DNA of 64,000 bases from NCBI RefSeq assembly GCF_964204645.1, contig NC_134029.1, positions 1,054,001 through 1,118,000 of the forward strand, read 5' to 3'. Source of the DNA: Tubulanus polymorphus. Its lineage: Eukaryota > Animalia > Nemertea. The notes below the pieces were generated by a model, which ran no database searches, was not told where the DNA came from, and saw only the letters and a list, made by a program, of their open reading frames with translations. The position numbers were made by a program, and so were the translations under genes. Below are positions 1-12,800 of this stretch, one piece after another (the stretch's first letter is position 1; every line of letters starts with the position of its first letter).

Positions 1-418
1 ACGGATGATATCCTTCTGCCCTGAGACTATGTTGGGATAATTTCGAAATGCCCTGCCCCATATGTTAAAAAAAAAACAGAATTCGTATTGTGGATTTTTT
101 TCTGAAATGTGATGCTATTTTAGTATATCAGTGGGGTGGGGTAAGGCTGTAATCTATCACATAGTGACTGAGGAGATTATAGTATCACGAACTGTAGATA
201 AAATCAGGTTAATGAGATATTTAGAAATACGTTACTGACATTATGTAATAGAGCTTAAATACAATCGGGCGAAATTATTCCAACATCTTGATATAATATA
301 TAAAACGTTGAACACTTTAAGTTACATCAGGCCCGCCGGCAACACATTTCAAAGGGAGTTCTTTATTCATTAAAAAAAAAATCGGATCGAATAAAGAAGT
401 ATTCAATCTAAAAGTCAA

Positions 419-495
419 GGTTCCCTATGAGTAGCTTCGAACCAGAGGGCTCGAGAGTAGGAATCCAGCGCGCTAACCACTAGACCACTGAACTC
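419..495 (-). mobile_element. tRNA-derived SINE head (degenerate)
   Basis: The minus strand has A-box TGGTCTAGTGG and B-box GGTTCGAAGC at tRNA-like spacing, without a complete cloverleaf. Confidence 0.55.
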
Positions 496-823
496 ATGTG
501 AATTACCGTGTTCAGAAGTGTGTCTAGTCAGTATGGTGACCAGTCAGATGTAGTGACCAGTCAGGTGTAGTGACTGATTGACAAAATGCTCCATTCGCCA
601 TAAACAATAGCTGAGATGGGAATGGCTGGAATGTCTCAATTTCTCGAAGGGGTCTTTTGGGAAACTAGAACATGAACAGATTCTCCGAAATATGATTAAA
701 TAAACTTAAGAATATAATATCTGATAATGTTCTTATCTATGAATTTATTTGGTAATCATAAATTCAAATTCTCCACATAGATTTATCATATATATATTTT
801 TTATCGTCTATGATTTATTTCAG

Positions 824-3800
824 ATATCGATTCATAAATTCAATGCTAAACACGCTCAATTCAGAGTTCAACCGAGATACAAGGTCAAATCAGAAGGTGA
901 TAACGTAAGTATTCAATATTTATCCAAACCCTAATGATATTTAACAGTGGTTCCGTCGGTCGCTGGTTGGTACTGCGTGGTTGGTGCACGATAGTGTTGG
1001 ACATATTTGTGGTTGCCTAAAAAATTTACTTCGACCGAGAATTTACGAAGACGCGGAAATGATGATCTCAATATTGATATTTCATGAGTTCAGAGAAATC
1101 GTTTGGGTTTCTGTGTTTTGTCATTCAATCTTGAGCGATAAGAAAAAAAACCCCCAAATTTATATTTATTTCTTTAATCGTATGATAAAGGTGTTTATAT
1201 ATGAATCAGCGAGTCCAGGTTCCATAGTCGAAACCATTTTTTCAATTTTGTCTCCAATCACCTTATTCCAATTGATTTTGATCTGTACTGTGGATTCGGA
1301 CCCTTCGCCCATCAGTTGCACTGTCCAAAAATGATCTTAAATCGTAGTCTAATCATCATTGCCTATGTGCAACTAGAGTCTCTCTGGAGCTTCTGGGTTT
1401 CCACAACTATTGTCTCATGATTTCCCAGCCGCTATGTGGAGATCTTTCCAATGTCAGTGCTGTTGATAAAATGTCCATGAATTATTGATACATCGGACTC
1501 AGTAAATTCTAGGATCCAAGAATCTTCAGGGATCATTATAAATCGGGATTCGGACCAAGCAACCCGATTAGTGCTAGGCATGGAATCCCAAAATTGATTC
1601 ATATATTGTATTTTTCTGTTGTTTCTAGGTACAAATATATGATCAGATAGTGTTAGAAAGTGTGAAATCGGCTGGTCAATGTTTCCATGCTAGTATACCC
1701 TGGCAGATAGACCACTTTCACTACGGGTGAGTTCTCCACGACCTACTTCACTTCGAAAAACGATTTCAACAACTGAAACTAAACTATCATCCACGAATTC
1801 AACTATTTCAATTATCAATTATTTCGAGGGTTAGAAAAAAACGAACATTCAAGCCTCCGGGAGTGATAACATTTGACACTCACCGGCCAGGTAGCCCATC
1901 GAGAATTACCAGCTCAATTCGAGATACCTCAGTCAGTATCTATAGTACAGGGTGGGTTTCCATTGAATTATCAAAAATGTATATATCAATCTACTCGAAG
2001 AGGGAAAAATGTACAACTTATAAAAGCACAATAGTCGTAAAATTAGCTTCAGCTTCGTGCTTTCATTTCAGTTCTGAACTGAATCTAGGAATCGAACGAA
2101 CAGGATTCACTCTGATAAAGAGTTTTAAGCCGTTGCCGGGAGAACAAGAATTTCTACGGGTAAATATTCATCACTAGGCATAGGCCTAGTACTGACCTGA
2201 ATAAAGTATAACACAGCCATGGATTAGGTTTAAAACCAGTCTAAGACCATCTTAGTTCTATAGCTAATCTAGAAAATCAAGATCAGTCCTAAGAAGATTT
2301 AAGATGACTTTTGAACTTGAGCCACGATTGTGCGACTTGGTTCTGAGTTGTAGCAGTAAAACGGCAGGTTATAGAAATATATGTTAACCAAGTCCAATAA
2401 CTGGTGTGAGTTCAGTTCGTTCGTTTGAAGAGTCAGTGTTTTTTACTGTTCACAGAAATAGGATCAAATAACAATATCTGATATCTGATACTATTACCAG
2501 TAGTGAATAATGTCGTTTATCTGTTGTGTTGACTGTATGATGTATGTTTCTAGGGTGGCTCCGTAATACGGTTATTTCACCGTGAATTAGAAGCTTATCT
2601 CGTCACTGAAGGTTTATTCGATGATGCCGTTTTACAAGATGGTAATTATTTCATTACATTAAAATCCTTTTCCACCACGGGTTCCAGTACAACGAATAAT
2701 GTTGCAAAATCATCGAGAAGTTTCTGAAGATCAGAATTCTATTTTCAGTTCATCTGAGACTTCGTCCTATTGATCAGATCAATCGCCCTCAATCTCTGCT
2801 TCCATCTACGTCTGGTCTCACATACTGGCAGGTCGAGGCTGAAGACAATATTCTAAATGGTAAATTATTCGAAACATCAGATATGAAATTTATGAAAAGA
2901 TGAATCCAAAAGTGTTAGAAACCAATTGAAAAATATAGCTGCAAAGCAGCGATAACGGGTTTTCTGGATGCATGTGATCGAAAGGAAAAATTAATTACCG
3001 GGTATTCGATGGAAAAAATAAAATGAGATGATTTGGATATTATCGGAGCAATCCTCTTTTTGGTTGAATGGTTTAACCCCAGTATAGTCCCCGTGATTTG
3101 GAAATTCTCGGAGCCCTCCTTTATTTACTTACTAAATGACGTCACAAACTGTTATTTCGCCGGTGCTTGTTGTCTAACAATTCAATTCAATTCTTTATTT
3201 ACAGTAACCTAATAAGTAATTTTAAGTTTCAAATAGGATGGAAAGTACATTCAGACAATCTGTTGGTTCAGAGAGACCGTTATTACAGTATAAATTTATA
3301 CATTTCGTTTCGAAGCTGTCAGTTGTCGAATCTGAATGAAGATGAATTTTATTTGACGAAATCGGCGGAAATTATATAATAATAATAATCAACAGAATTT
3401 CAAGAGGGTTTTCGACGAAAGTCAGAAAACCCTAATGATATTCATCTTAAAAATCATCTTGTAAAATATCTGAAAGTGAAATATCTATAGAGACAGAGTT
3501 TATTGATATATGTATATCTGACTGTAGGTAATGTATTGAGATGGGGACAACAGATTCGGTTACGTCACATGGTCACTAGACAGTATCTATGCGTTAATGC
3601 TGATCACGATGTTGATTTGACGAATAATGAAAGAGATCCCAGAGCTGTTTTCAGACTTCATCCAGTAAAAAAGGTCTCCGAATCTTCATGTCAATTCTTC
3701 TCTTTATTTTTCATATGAACAGTTCTTGATGTATTTTCTGTTTAATTTCTCTATTCTAAGGAAGTTGATGAAATAAAGTTGGGAAGTTACGCTCGAATTG

Positions 3801-6800
3801 AACACGAATTAACGGGACGATGGCTTCACGCGTTAAAGAATGACAAATACATTCACAAACAGAGGAAGCAATCGGCTTACGATCAGACTCTTAACGGGTT
3901 ACAGTGGGATGAAGCCGAACTGAGAAAGGTTTACATCAGTCTCATCGATAAGATTGTGGACCAAGTTCCCCAGTTCTAGATCCAGTTGCACAGCTCTGAG
4001 TTAAAATCTGATTAAACATTTGGAAATGAACTCATTTCAAATCAGAGCTAACTCAAACTCAGGATCCAGTTATACAGTTGTCTGATTCATTCTGGTTGAA
4101 ATCAGTTCATTTCCGATGTTTTAAACGTAAATTCAAGGATTACTATGGAACTGGATTCAGAACTGTGGACTAACACTGGGTCTTGAACAATAGAACTCAT
4201 CATTTTATGTTTCAATTCGCCGAAATTTAACCACCATCGGAAAATCATTTCTGAAATGTTTGTTTATAGATATCTACGGAGTGTGATCAACAATATGACG
4301 ATGCATTTTCATTGCAAGATGTTTCTGAAGAAGATTGTTATAATTTTAATTACATCGCCGGTTGTGTTCCGTTCATCAAAAACATGATTCTCGATGTAAA
4401 TATTGATGAAGATAATTTTCTCTAATGACTTAAAATCTATTAACATTTTTCGCTTAAAGATGTTTTTTTCCTTATTCAGTTACAATCGGGAAAATCATTG
4501 CTAGCAATGGAAGCTCATAAAGTGAATGCTGTAAGTAGTGATGATACTTGGAAATTGTCTCGTTGATTTTAGAATTTATTTGCGAGATTTTAGAATCTGA
4601 ATTTCTTTGTGTATCTTAGGGATTGAATCAGATAGTTCAGTTTCTTTACGTGAACGGGATTCCGGAGAAAAAACGTCAGAAATTGTTAAGAAATCTACGA
4701 GTTTTAGATTTGCTGATGGAAATACTGAAATTTCCTTTGCGTAATAAACGAGATCGAGTTTATTTGACGCCGATATTTCTGAACGCGTACGACGTATTAC
4801 ATACCTACATGGCCGGAAGTAGCCGCAAGAACGCTCTTTATATGGCTAAATATATGGGTTTCTTCTACACACAATTGCACCAGCGCGTAAGTCATCACAA
4901 ATACTCCTCTCGAAGTTGACCGATAAACTGGATCCAGTTCAACAGTTACATCTCAATCAGAGTAACAACTGTGGAACTGGGACCTGACGTATTCTCAATG
5001 AAGAAGATGATTAATTAGCAATCTCAGCATCGATGATATTAGAAATTAGTTTATCTGACAGTTTTGAGATTTATCTAAATCCCTTCTTCAGAAAGATAGA
5101 TAAACTTTGAAACATCGCCATTATGGGATCGGTCATCAACTCTCATCAGGGTTCATTAACGGGAAAGAAAAATTCATAATGAACGAAAGAGATGAACGGA
5201 CGTGTATTAATTTTCAGGGGCAGATCGGGTTGAACGTCGCTCAGATGATAATGGAATTGATCAAAGACAATAGAAAAGTCGTGGATCGACTCGGTCAAAC
5301 AGATATCGATATATTTGTGTCGCTTCTCAAGAAACATAAGGTGAATTTACATTTAAAAATCTGATAGTTAACCTGGTATCGTCGAACAAAATGTATCAGG
5401 TCAACTGATGCTCCCACATTTAGATCATAGGCCGTTTCAGATGAACTTGTAAAGTCAATGGAGAAATAAAGATGCTAACCTCCTCAATAGTACAAGATCT
5501 TAACACTGTCACTTGTTCTTCTGTGCTATATTGAATAAGTTTGAATTTTAATAACGGATATTTCTAGAATTATCGCTATTTGGATATGTTGAATGTACTG
5601 TGTGTTTGTGACGGAGTTGCGCTGCCTCATAATCAGAATTACATCGCTGATAAATGGCTGTCTGGTGACTTGGTAAATATACTTAATAAACCTATAAAAT
5701 ACTCTATATTTTGATAGATAATTTACTCTCTAAACTCTTGCGTTTTTCAAGTCTGGTTTATTCCTCACTGATTCTGGTTTAAACATTTGTCGTGAGACAA
5801 GAAGAGACATTATATACATTTCAACTAATGTCGGTAAAACCTGGAATCTTCTCTCGGAATTCTGTGATGTAAGTTCGCATTCACTAAAATACTTTCAGAA
5901 CAATTTCTGAAATGAAAATCTTAACAAATATTAATGATATTTTACAGAGAACGAATGTAATTTATTGTGAAGAAGAATATGAATTTCTAGTTCATCAGCT
6001 TCATTTACTAGTGAAACTCTGTTATGTAAGTTTTCTCTGGTTACTCTCAGTCTTAAAAACTTGATGGCACCAGAAAGTCTGATATATCTAATGAATATTT
6101 CATTTGTTCCAGAGGTTCCGTTGTAACTGTTTTATTTTGTGAAGCTGATTAAATGTTATGTTATTGTGTATAATAGGGCGGTAATCAGTACGTGATACAG
6201 AAAGTGACACAAGAAATGAAATTACTAACTTGGGAACAGGTTTTCTATTCGATGCGTTCTCCGTGTTTAACCGAGGCTTTACGTGCACAGTATTGCAGTC
6301 TGATGATTGGTTAGTATAATCTCTCATTCCGGCTTCCTGAAACCTGAAATAGTAAAATAACTAAAGCTGCACTTACGCATTTATCGGTTCAAATTAGTTC
6401 ATCATCGACGCTCAAATGATAACATTTTAACTGATACTTGGAACTGGATCCAGTTTTACTGTTGGTTGAGTTTGAGTATTGATTGTTGATATTAGTTCAT
6501 TTTCAATGTTTTAACTTCATATAATTCTAATCGGGAACTGTTGAACTGGATCCTGATGTGTTGCATATATTTGTAGGTTTGTTCATTGATGTGGGATTAA
6601 CAAGAAAAATGACCGATCATATCAGTTTAACATTTATCTATGATGAAGTGGATAATGTTGGATTCATGAACAGATTCATTGATATGGTAAGAAAAGAGTC
6701 GCCTGCCTGAGCTAGTTTCACACCCCTCAGCCATCAAACTGGTCATTATTCGATTTTACATGCCTATAACTGTTATATCAAACCCTGACCATCCCTTCAT

Positions 6801-9800
6801 AGTCGTGGAACAAACCTATTGCACACAAACACATGTCTCACACAAGATTCTATCATATAGATATTATTAATTTGAAGATTAACTATAATTTCAGGCTCGA
6901 AAGGAACTCGCTGATTTGTTCCCGGAATTAAAAGAATGGATAACTGGATTTCTAATTGATAATCAAGGATTGGTGGCTTCCAATCCCGAACACAACCAGC
7001 TCATTGCTCAAGTATTACGCCTGGTCCAGTATCTCATCGAGTACGGCTACTACGGCGATATGAATGACGTCAGAATGTTGTTACACCCGTTGTTGAATTT
7101 GTTGGACGGTCGTCAGGATAAACCTGTGCCGTTTACTAGATCTAAAGGACTTTCAGAGGATGAACTTCAACTGTTGGTTCATTATCAGCAAACTGCCAGA
7201 TATGAGCAATCGTTAGAGACTAAAGCAATAGTAGATGTGAAATTACAGTGAGTGAACAATATAATCATGATTCATAGAGATTTAATTTATTCACTTTCGA
7301 AATGGATTTACGATCTTTTTCAGAGCGATGGAAGTGATGGATCTTCTGTTAACCTATCAACATCATTCTGCATTAGAGGTGAGTTTAGAATCAGGAATTC
7401 CGTGGTCATTTTATAGATGACACTTTCAACACCAGGAACCCAATTTTCGGTGCTCAAATACTATTTGACTGTAGAGTTAAAATATTGGACCGGATCCTGG
7501 TTTTTACCCAATTATAAACACTGAGTATAAAGTGGCTCCAGGGGTATTGTTTAAGAGTCTGTTAATTACCCAGTATTAAACCAGAGAGATTGTGTTTTTC
7601 ATTTTTTAGGGATTCACATCATTATTCAAATCGGTAGAAAGACGAACTCAAATGAAACGTAATCACAGTTCATTGACTCCAATGTTGTACGAGACATTTC
7701 AGATGAAAAATGATATGATGTAAGTATAAAGTGAATTGATATTACATGTTCTCTCTCTATCTGTGTTTGTGTCACTGACTTCTCTTGAAGGCTCTGCAAA
7801 AAAGCGGCCCGAAAAGTTGAAGAGATATTTGAAAGAGTGACGTATTTTGATACGGGACAAATCACTGAGATATTGATGGTAAGTAATATGCGACATTAAC
7901 TGCATTCAATGAAGAGAGTTCTGAATAAGATTATATTTGAATATAATTTCAGGATTTGTCAAACTATAAATATGATCAGATGGTCACAAGATCGATGGCT
8001 CTATTGAACAGATTCTATTGTGGTCGTGCCAACCTATTCAAACGAGCTGTGCGCAGTCAGGTATTTATAATACAGCATTCAGTTCCACTGTTCATTTTTG
8101 AAACATTGAAATGAACTCATAATTACAACTCTAGGGTGAAAGGTAACTCACAAACCGAGAGTCTGAGAATCTGATAGAATACAGTTTGACTCATAAGTTC
8201 CCGAGACCAATTTGATCATTGCATTTTCCCCTTCATTGGACTGGAATTTTCTAAGTTCTTGATCTTACTAGAAATCAAAGATTCCTATTTACGTATAATA
8301 AAGAAGCTGAGTCCATACCATTTTACCAATATGGCTTTGGGATTCTCTACGTTCTTGACGTTGCTAGAAATCGTAGACTCGTTGGAACAAAAGACCGATA
8401 CTATTTCACTGTGATGTTTGTATAGGTGCTATTCACTGAGAAGTCTTGTAAAGTTCATCGTGAAGCTCTACTCTATATCCCTCAACTCAGGCGCTTGACT
8501 AAAACACGACTCGAGAATGAACAACTCCAACAGATGGGTGACATGTTCGATAAACTAGCGGAGTAAGTATCAATCAAACTCGAGATGATTTCAAGCAGAA
8601 ATACAGTTTTTCACAGTCAGTCCGATTTGTTTTGCAGTTTTTGTTATTATGAAAATAAGAAGGATCAGCCTCATCCTACTAACCAAACCATTCTGATCAA
8701 TAATGGTAAGTTAAAACAACAGTAACAGATTCTGCTGGGACCAGTTCCACAAACAAGAATTGCATGATAACCTTCCATCATCAATAACATCATTAATGTG
8801 TACCTTTGTGAGACCGGGTACCGACGGGTTAACTGTTTATCCAATGGCTAATGATATGAGATATTTGTAGAATTAATCTCTTTGTATATCGTGTTTTTAT
8901 AGGTATTTTATCTGTGATATTTGATTTGTTGTCTCAACAAACTCATCGCGATCTATCGAAAGACAGCGTCGAATATTGTAATGTGATCAGTAAATGTTTG
9001 CGTTGTTTGATGTTTCTGGCGAGTGGAAATAATCGCGTCCAGAAGCGCATATTTGAACGTCTCGATAGTTTGATCAGTATCGTCGGCGTTGAGCAGGAAC
9101 TATCATTATGTCTGAAACAGGTATCGGAACCGAGGAACCCTCGTTATTCCTAATTCGATTCATTTTCTGCCCTGTGCGTCTCGTCTCGAGTCCAGCGTGA
9201 TTAGGATTAAGTTGTCAGTAAAGAACTTAGAACTTACCTGGGCCAGCTTCATCTGTTAACTCAATATAGTTATCATTTATCAATTAGTTATTGATTTACT
9301 ATCTTTGAGTCTACAGTCAAAATAATCTGAAGGTTTTGAAATATTTTCAGGCATTTGTTGGAAGTGAATCACTATGTTTGAAAGTCAGCACTCAGACGAT
9401 AGAAAAACTCGTTAAAATCGCAGCCGATCAAAGAGAAAAAGCTCCCGGATTATTAGAGTTATTACACGCGTTAGTGAAAGTGGAAGATTTAGATTTACCG
9501 TTAAAACGTAATCAGATGTACGTCATGAAACATATAATGCATAATTATCATCGAGTTGCTTACGTCATCGATCAACCTACAGAAACCAGGTAATAATAAC
9601 TGTTCATTTCTGAACAGATTAAATCCTTTACTGCAGTGTTCTTACAGATATTCACCCAAGCCAAGTCCAAAGATTTTCCGATTAAATCTTTAGGATATCT
9701 TAAGGGAGGGCTGTTTCTTATCAAAAGGTAACTCGTGCCACTCGTCACCAGCAAGAACAACATTACACTGAAAATTCAAATTCCCTGACATTGGACAATA

Positions 9801-12800
9801 TAAATGTTGGCCTGGATCCACAGTATTCGGATAAAATTTCAACATTTACAGTGACTATTTTGACTATAGGGTAAAACTTACCAAGAACTGTGGAACTGAG
9901 TCCAGCCTACTACAAGGTCCTTAGATTAGAAGTTTTGAGTTGAACCCTTGATTATCAATTTTCACTTTTAGAGAGCAGATATTGACAAATGAATACGGAG
10001 CGGCGCATCTCAGATATATGGTATCATTAGTCGATCTTCTCGCAACCTGTGCTGAGGTGAATAACTTCCCAAACAAATATGGGATTGGTCATCAACTCTC
10101 ATCAGGGTTCATTAACGGAAAAGAAAAATTCATTATGAACGAAAGAGATGAACGGACGTGTATTAATTTTCAGGGGCAGATCGGGTTGAACGTCGCTCAG
10201 ATGATAATGCACTAATAGAATCAATGATATACCTCTAAATATTCATCGAGGATTTGTTTTATTTCATGTCAAGGGTGAAAATCGATTCATTGAATCGTTA
10301 TGTCAGAAGTTTATTCGAATTGAAGATCTGTTCTGGGTTTTAAACCACCAAGCCGTCGATAACAATCTGAAGAGTCCGTTTTTACGGTACATGTTATGGG
10401 TTTATATGAACACAGCTGGGAGTATCATAGAAAGTGGAGCTGCAGAACTGCCTCATGAAAGGTACCGAGTTTATTACCCCAAAAAACTAAAACTGAAATT
10501 ACAACTATCTTGAAGGAAATAAGCCACAGTCAAATTCTAAACGAAATACTCATCACAATTTAAAATCATCTCTTTTTGAGAGTCGTCACCATGATAATGA
10601 TCCCAACTACTATGACTTGACTATCTGAATACTATAATGAAGAGTTTTCATTTTTCAGTTCAACCTGGGAATACATGGCGACACTCGTTACTGATATCAA
10701 CTGTTTAACAGTTTTCATCATTGAAAACAAGGATTCAATTGAACATCTATTATCGAAACCTCCTGCAATCAGGTCAGTTTCATAATCATCATCATCGATT
10801 CCTGTGTGAAAAATCAGGCTATTAATCATACGTTTTCACTTTGTTTTATTTCAGTCAAATCGGTAACAATCAGGCTGAGAAAATGAGGTGCAATATGCAT
10901 TATCTGTTTGACGGAGTGATGCCATTCCTTACAGTCAGTATTCAATCTATCAATTGAAGATTTCTTCAGTTCATATATCTGACCATTTCGAGATTTACTT
11001 TAAAATTTCATCGTCAGAGAAACAGCAGTTATTTTTGGATACTGATTCTCTGAAGACAAGATTTAGATAAATCTTGATAATTTCAGAAAAATAGACTGTA
11101 GAAATGATCAAATGTGTGATTGCTAATTATCTTTTACACTGAGAATACATTAGTTTATCTGTTAATGATCAATCTCTCTCCCTTAATCTCTCTCCCTCTT
11201 TCCTGATATATTTTGATGCATCAGTCACATTCAGTACGGTACTGTCTGTCTTTATGGTTTTAGGTTTTCTTCAGAAAGTTCTATTCTATTGATAAAGAGC
11301 TTTACCCGGATGAAGGACCAATAGTTGATAAACTCGCTCATGCATTGATGGTACGAACATTTTTAATAAGCGAAAAAAACAATTCATACTACTATAAAAT
11401 GAGATGTTGTTATGTCTTTTATGGATTTTTGGTTCACTGAACTCACTTAGGATTTACTATAGTTATTTGTTTGTTTACAGGTATTTGCAGAAGCAATTGG
11501 ATTTCTAATCACAAATCCAACACATTTGAGAATCATTATCAGTTGTGCGTTGTCAATAGTTCCACAATCTACTCTTCCTTCAAGGGTAAATCATTATCCG
11601 AACTATCTCGAACACAACTTCTGAAAACCCTTCTATACAGTGTCTTCTTATTTCATGCAGGTTCTGGAGGAGTTCTTGGAGAAGTTTGGAGCCGGAAATT
11701 CAAAACTGAAAGACTCAATTAACGATGCTTTGTACAATGTACGTATGAGGACCACGGTGCTCAAAGTGAAGTTTGTATGACCTCATTCTAATCTTCCTTG
11801 ATTTATTTGATGTTTAGGATTATCGTGAATATTATGCCGAGGAAGAGGAAATGAACGCTAAATTGCACGCGTTTGCTGGTAATTTCCGTGGCGCTTACGG
11901 AGGAGAGAACACAGTGGCGGCTCAACTGAAACATGCTCCGAAATGTGCCCTGAACAGAGGTTAGTAGTTGATCGAGTCTGAAGGCTTTAAATGCTACAAC
12001 CATAACATCGCTTTCTTCTGGTTTCCGTTGACAAATGACTGGCTATAATTCATTTGAAGTAAAAACAATAATACTAAAGAAAAGTTAAGAGTGTATGTTG
12101 ACAGAATACGATCAGGATCAGAATCTAACATGTTAAGACCAGATTATTGAGAAGAAGGATGGTCTATATTTTGACAGAATACACAGAAATAGGTGGTGAT
12201 GAAGAACTGCCTTTAGGAGAAGAATTCCAGAGTTTTGTCCAATGTTTTATCAATCCACAAGCGAAAACACTTGATGAGCAGTATGAGACAGCAGGCAAAT
12301 TACTGCAGCAACTTGTGTACGTATCCCAAAAAACCTCATTCTTGGTTCATGTATATTGCCTACTTCGTGTTTTCAAAGAGGACAACAATTCAAAATTAAC
12401 CATTTTAAGCTTAAACCTTTTCATGAAACTGAACTCTGCAATCTGAACAAATATCTGATGTTTAAACAATGATTTTCTCTTGTGACAATAAGGATCTCAT
12501 TCCTGAATTCACGAAGCACGGAACAGAAACGTTTAGATCAAGAGGAGTTGGATTTACGATGTCTACAATTACTGAGAGCAATGATTCACAACGAGGAACG
12601 AAAACTACCGGATAAATGGGACGAGAACAAGAAATCAACGAAAGAGTAAATATACAGTTTATACATCAAACTCATTACAGAGTCTCAGCAGAAAGTAGTT
12701 GACAATGTGTTTATATTGTTTGTAGACAACTAGAGAGAATAAGAGAACTGCAGGATGTGTTCAATCGAATGGAAGCTTTGTGTAAAGTTCTTCCTCACGT

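Noticed and set aside
8-16. ATATCCTT U12-type donor
   Set aside because: The upstream exon is not visible, the intron ends in a normal U2-type acceptor at 823, and no U12 branch site is evident.
419-495. Functional tRNA genes here and at 54758-54830
   Set aside because: A and B boxes are present but the acceptor and anticodon stems do not pair; treated as SINE heads.
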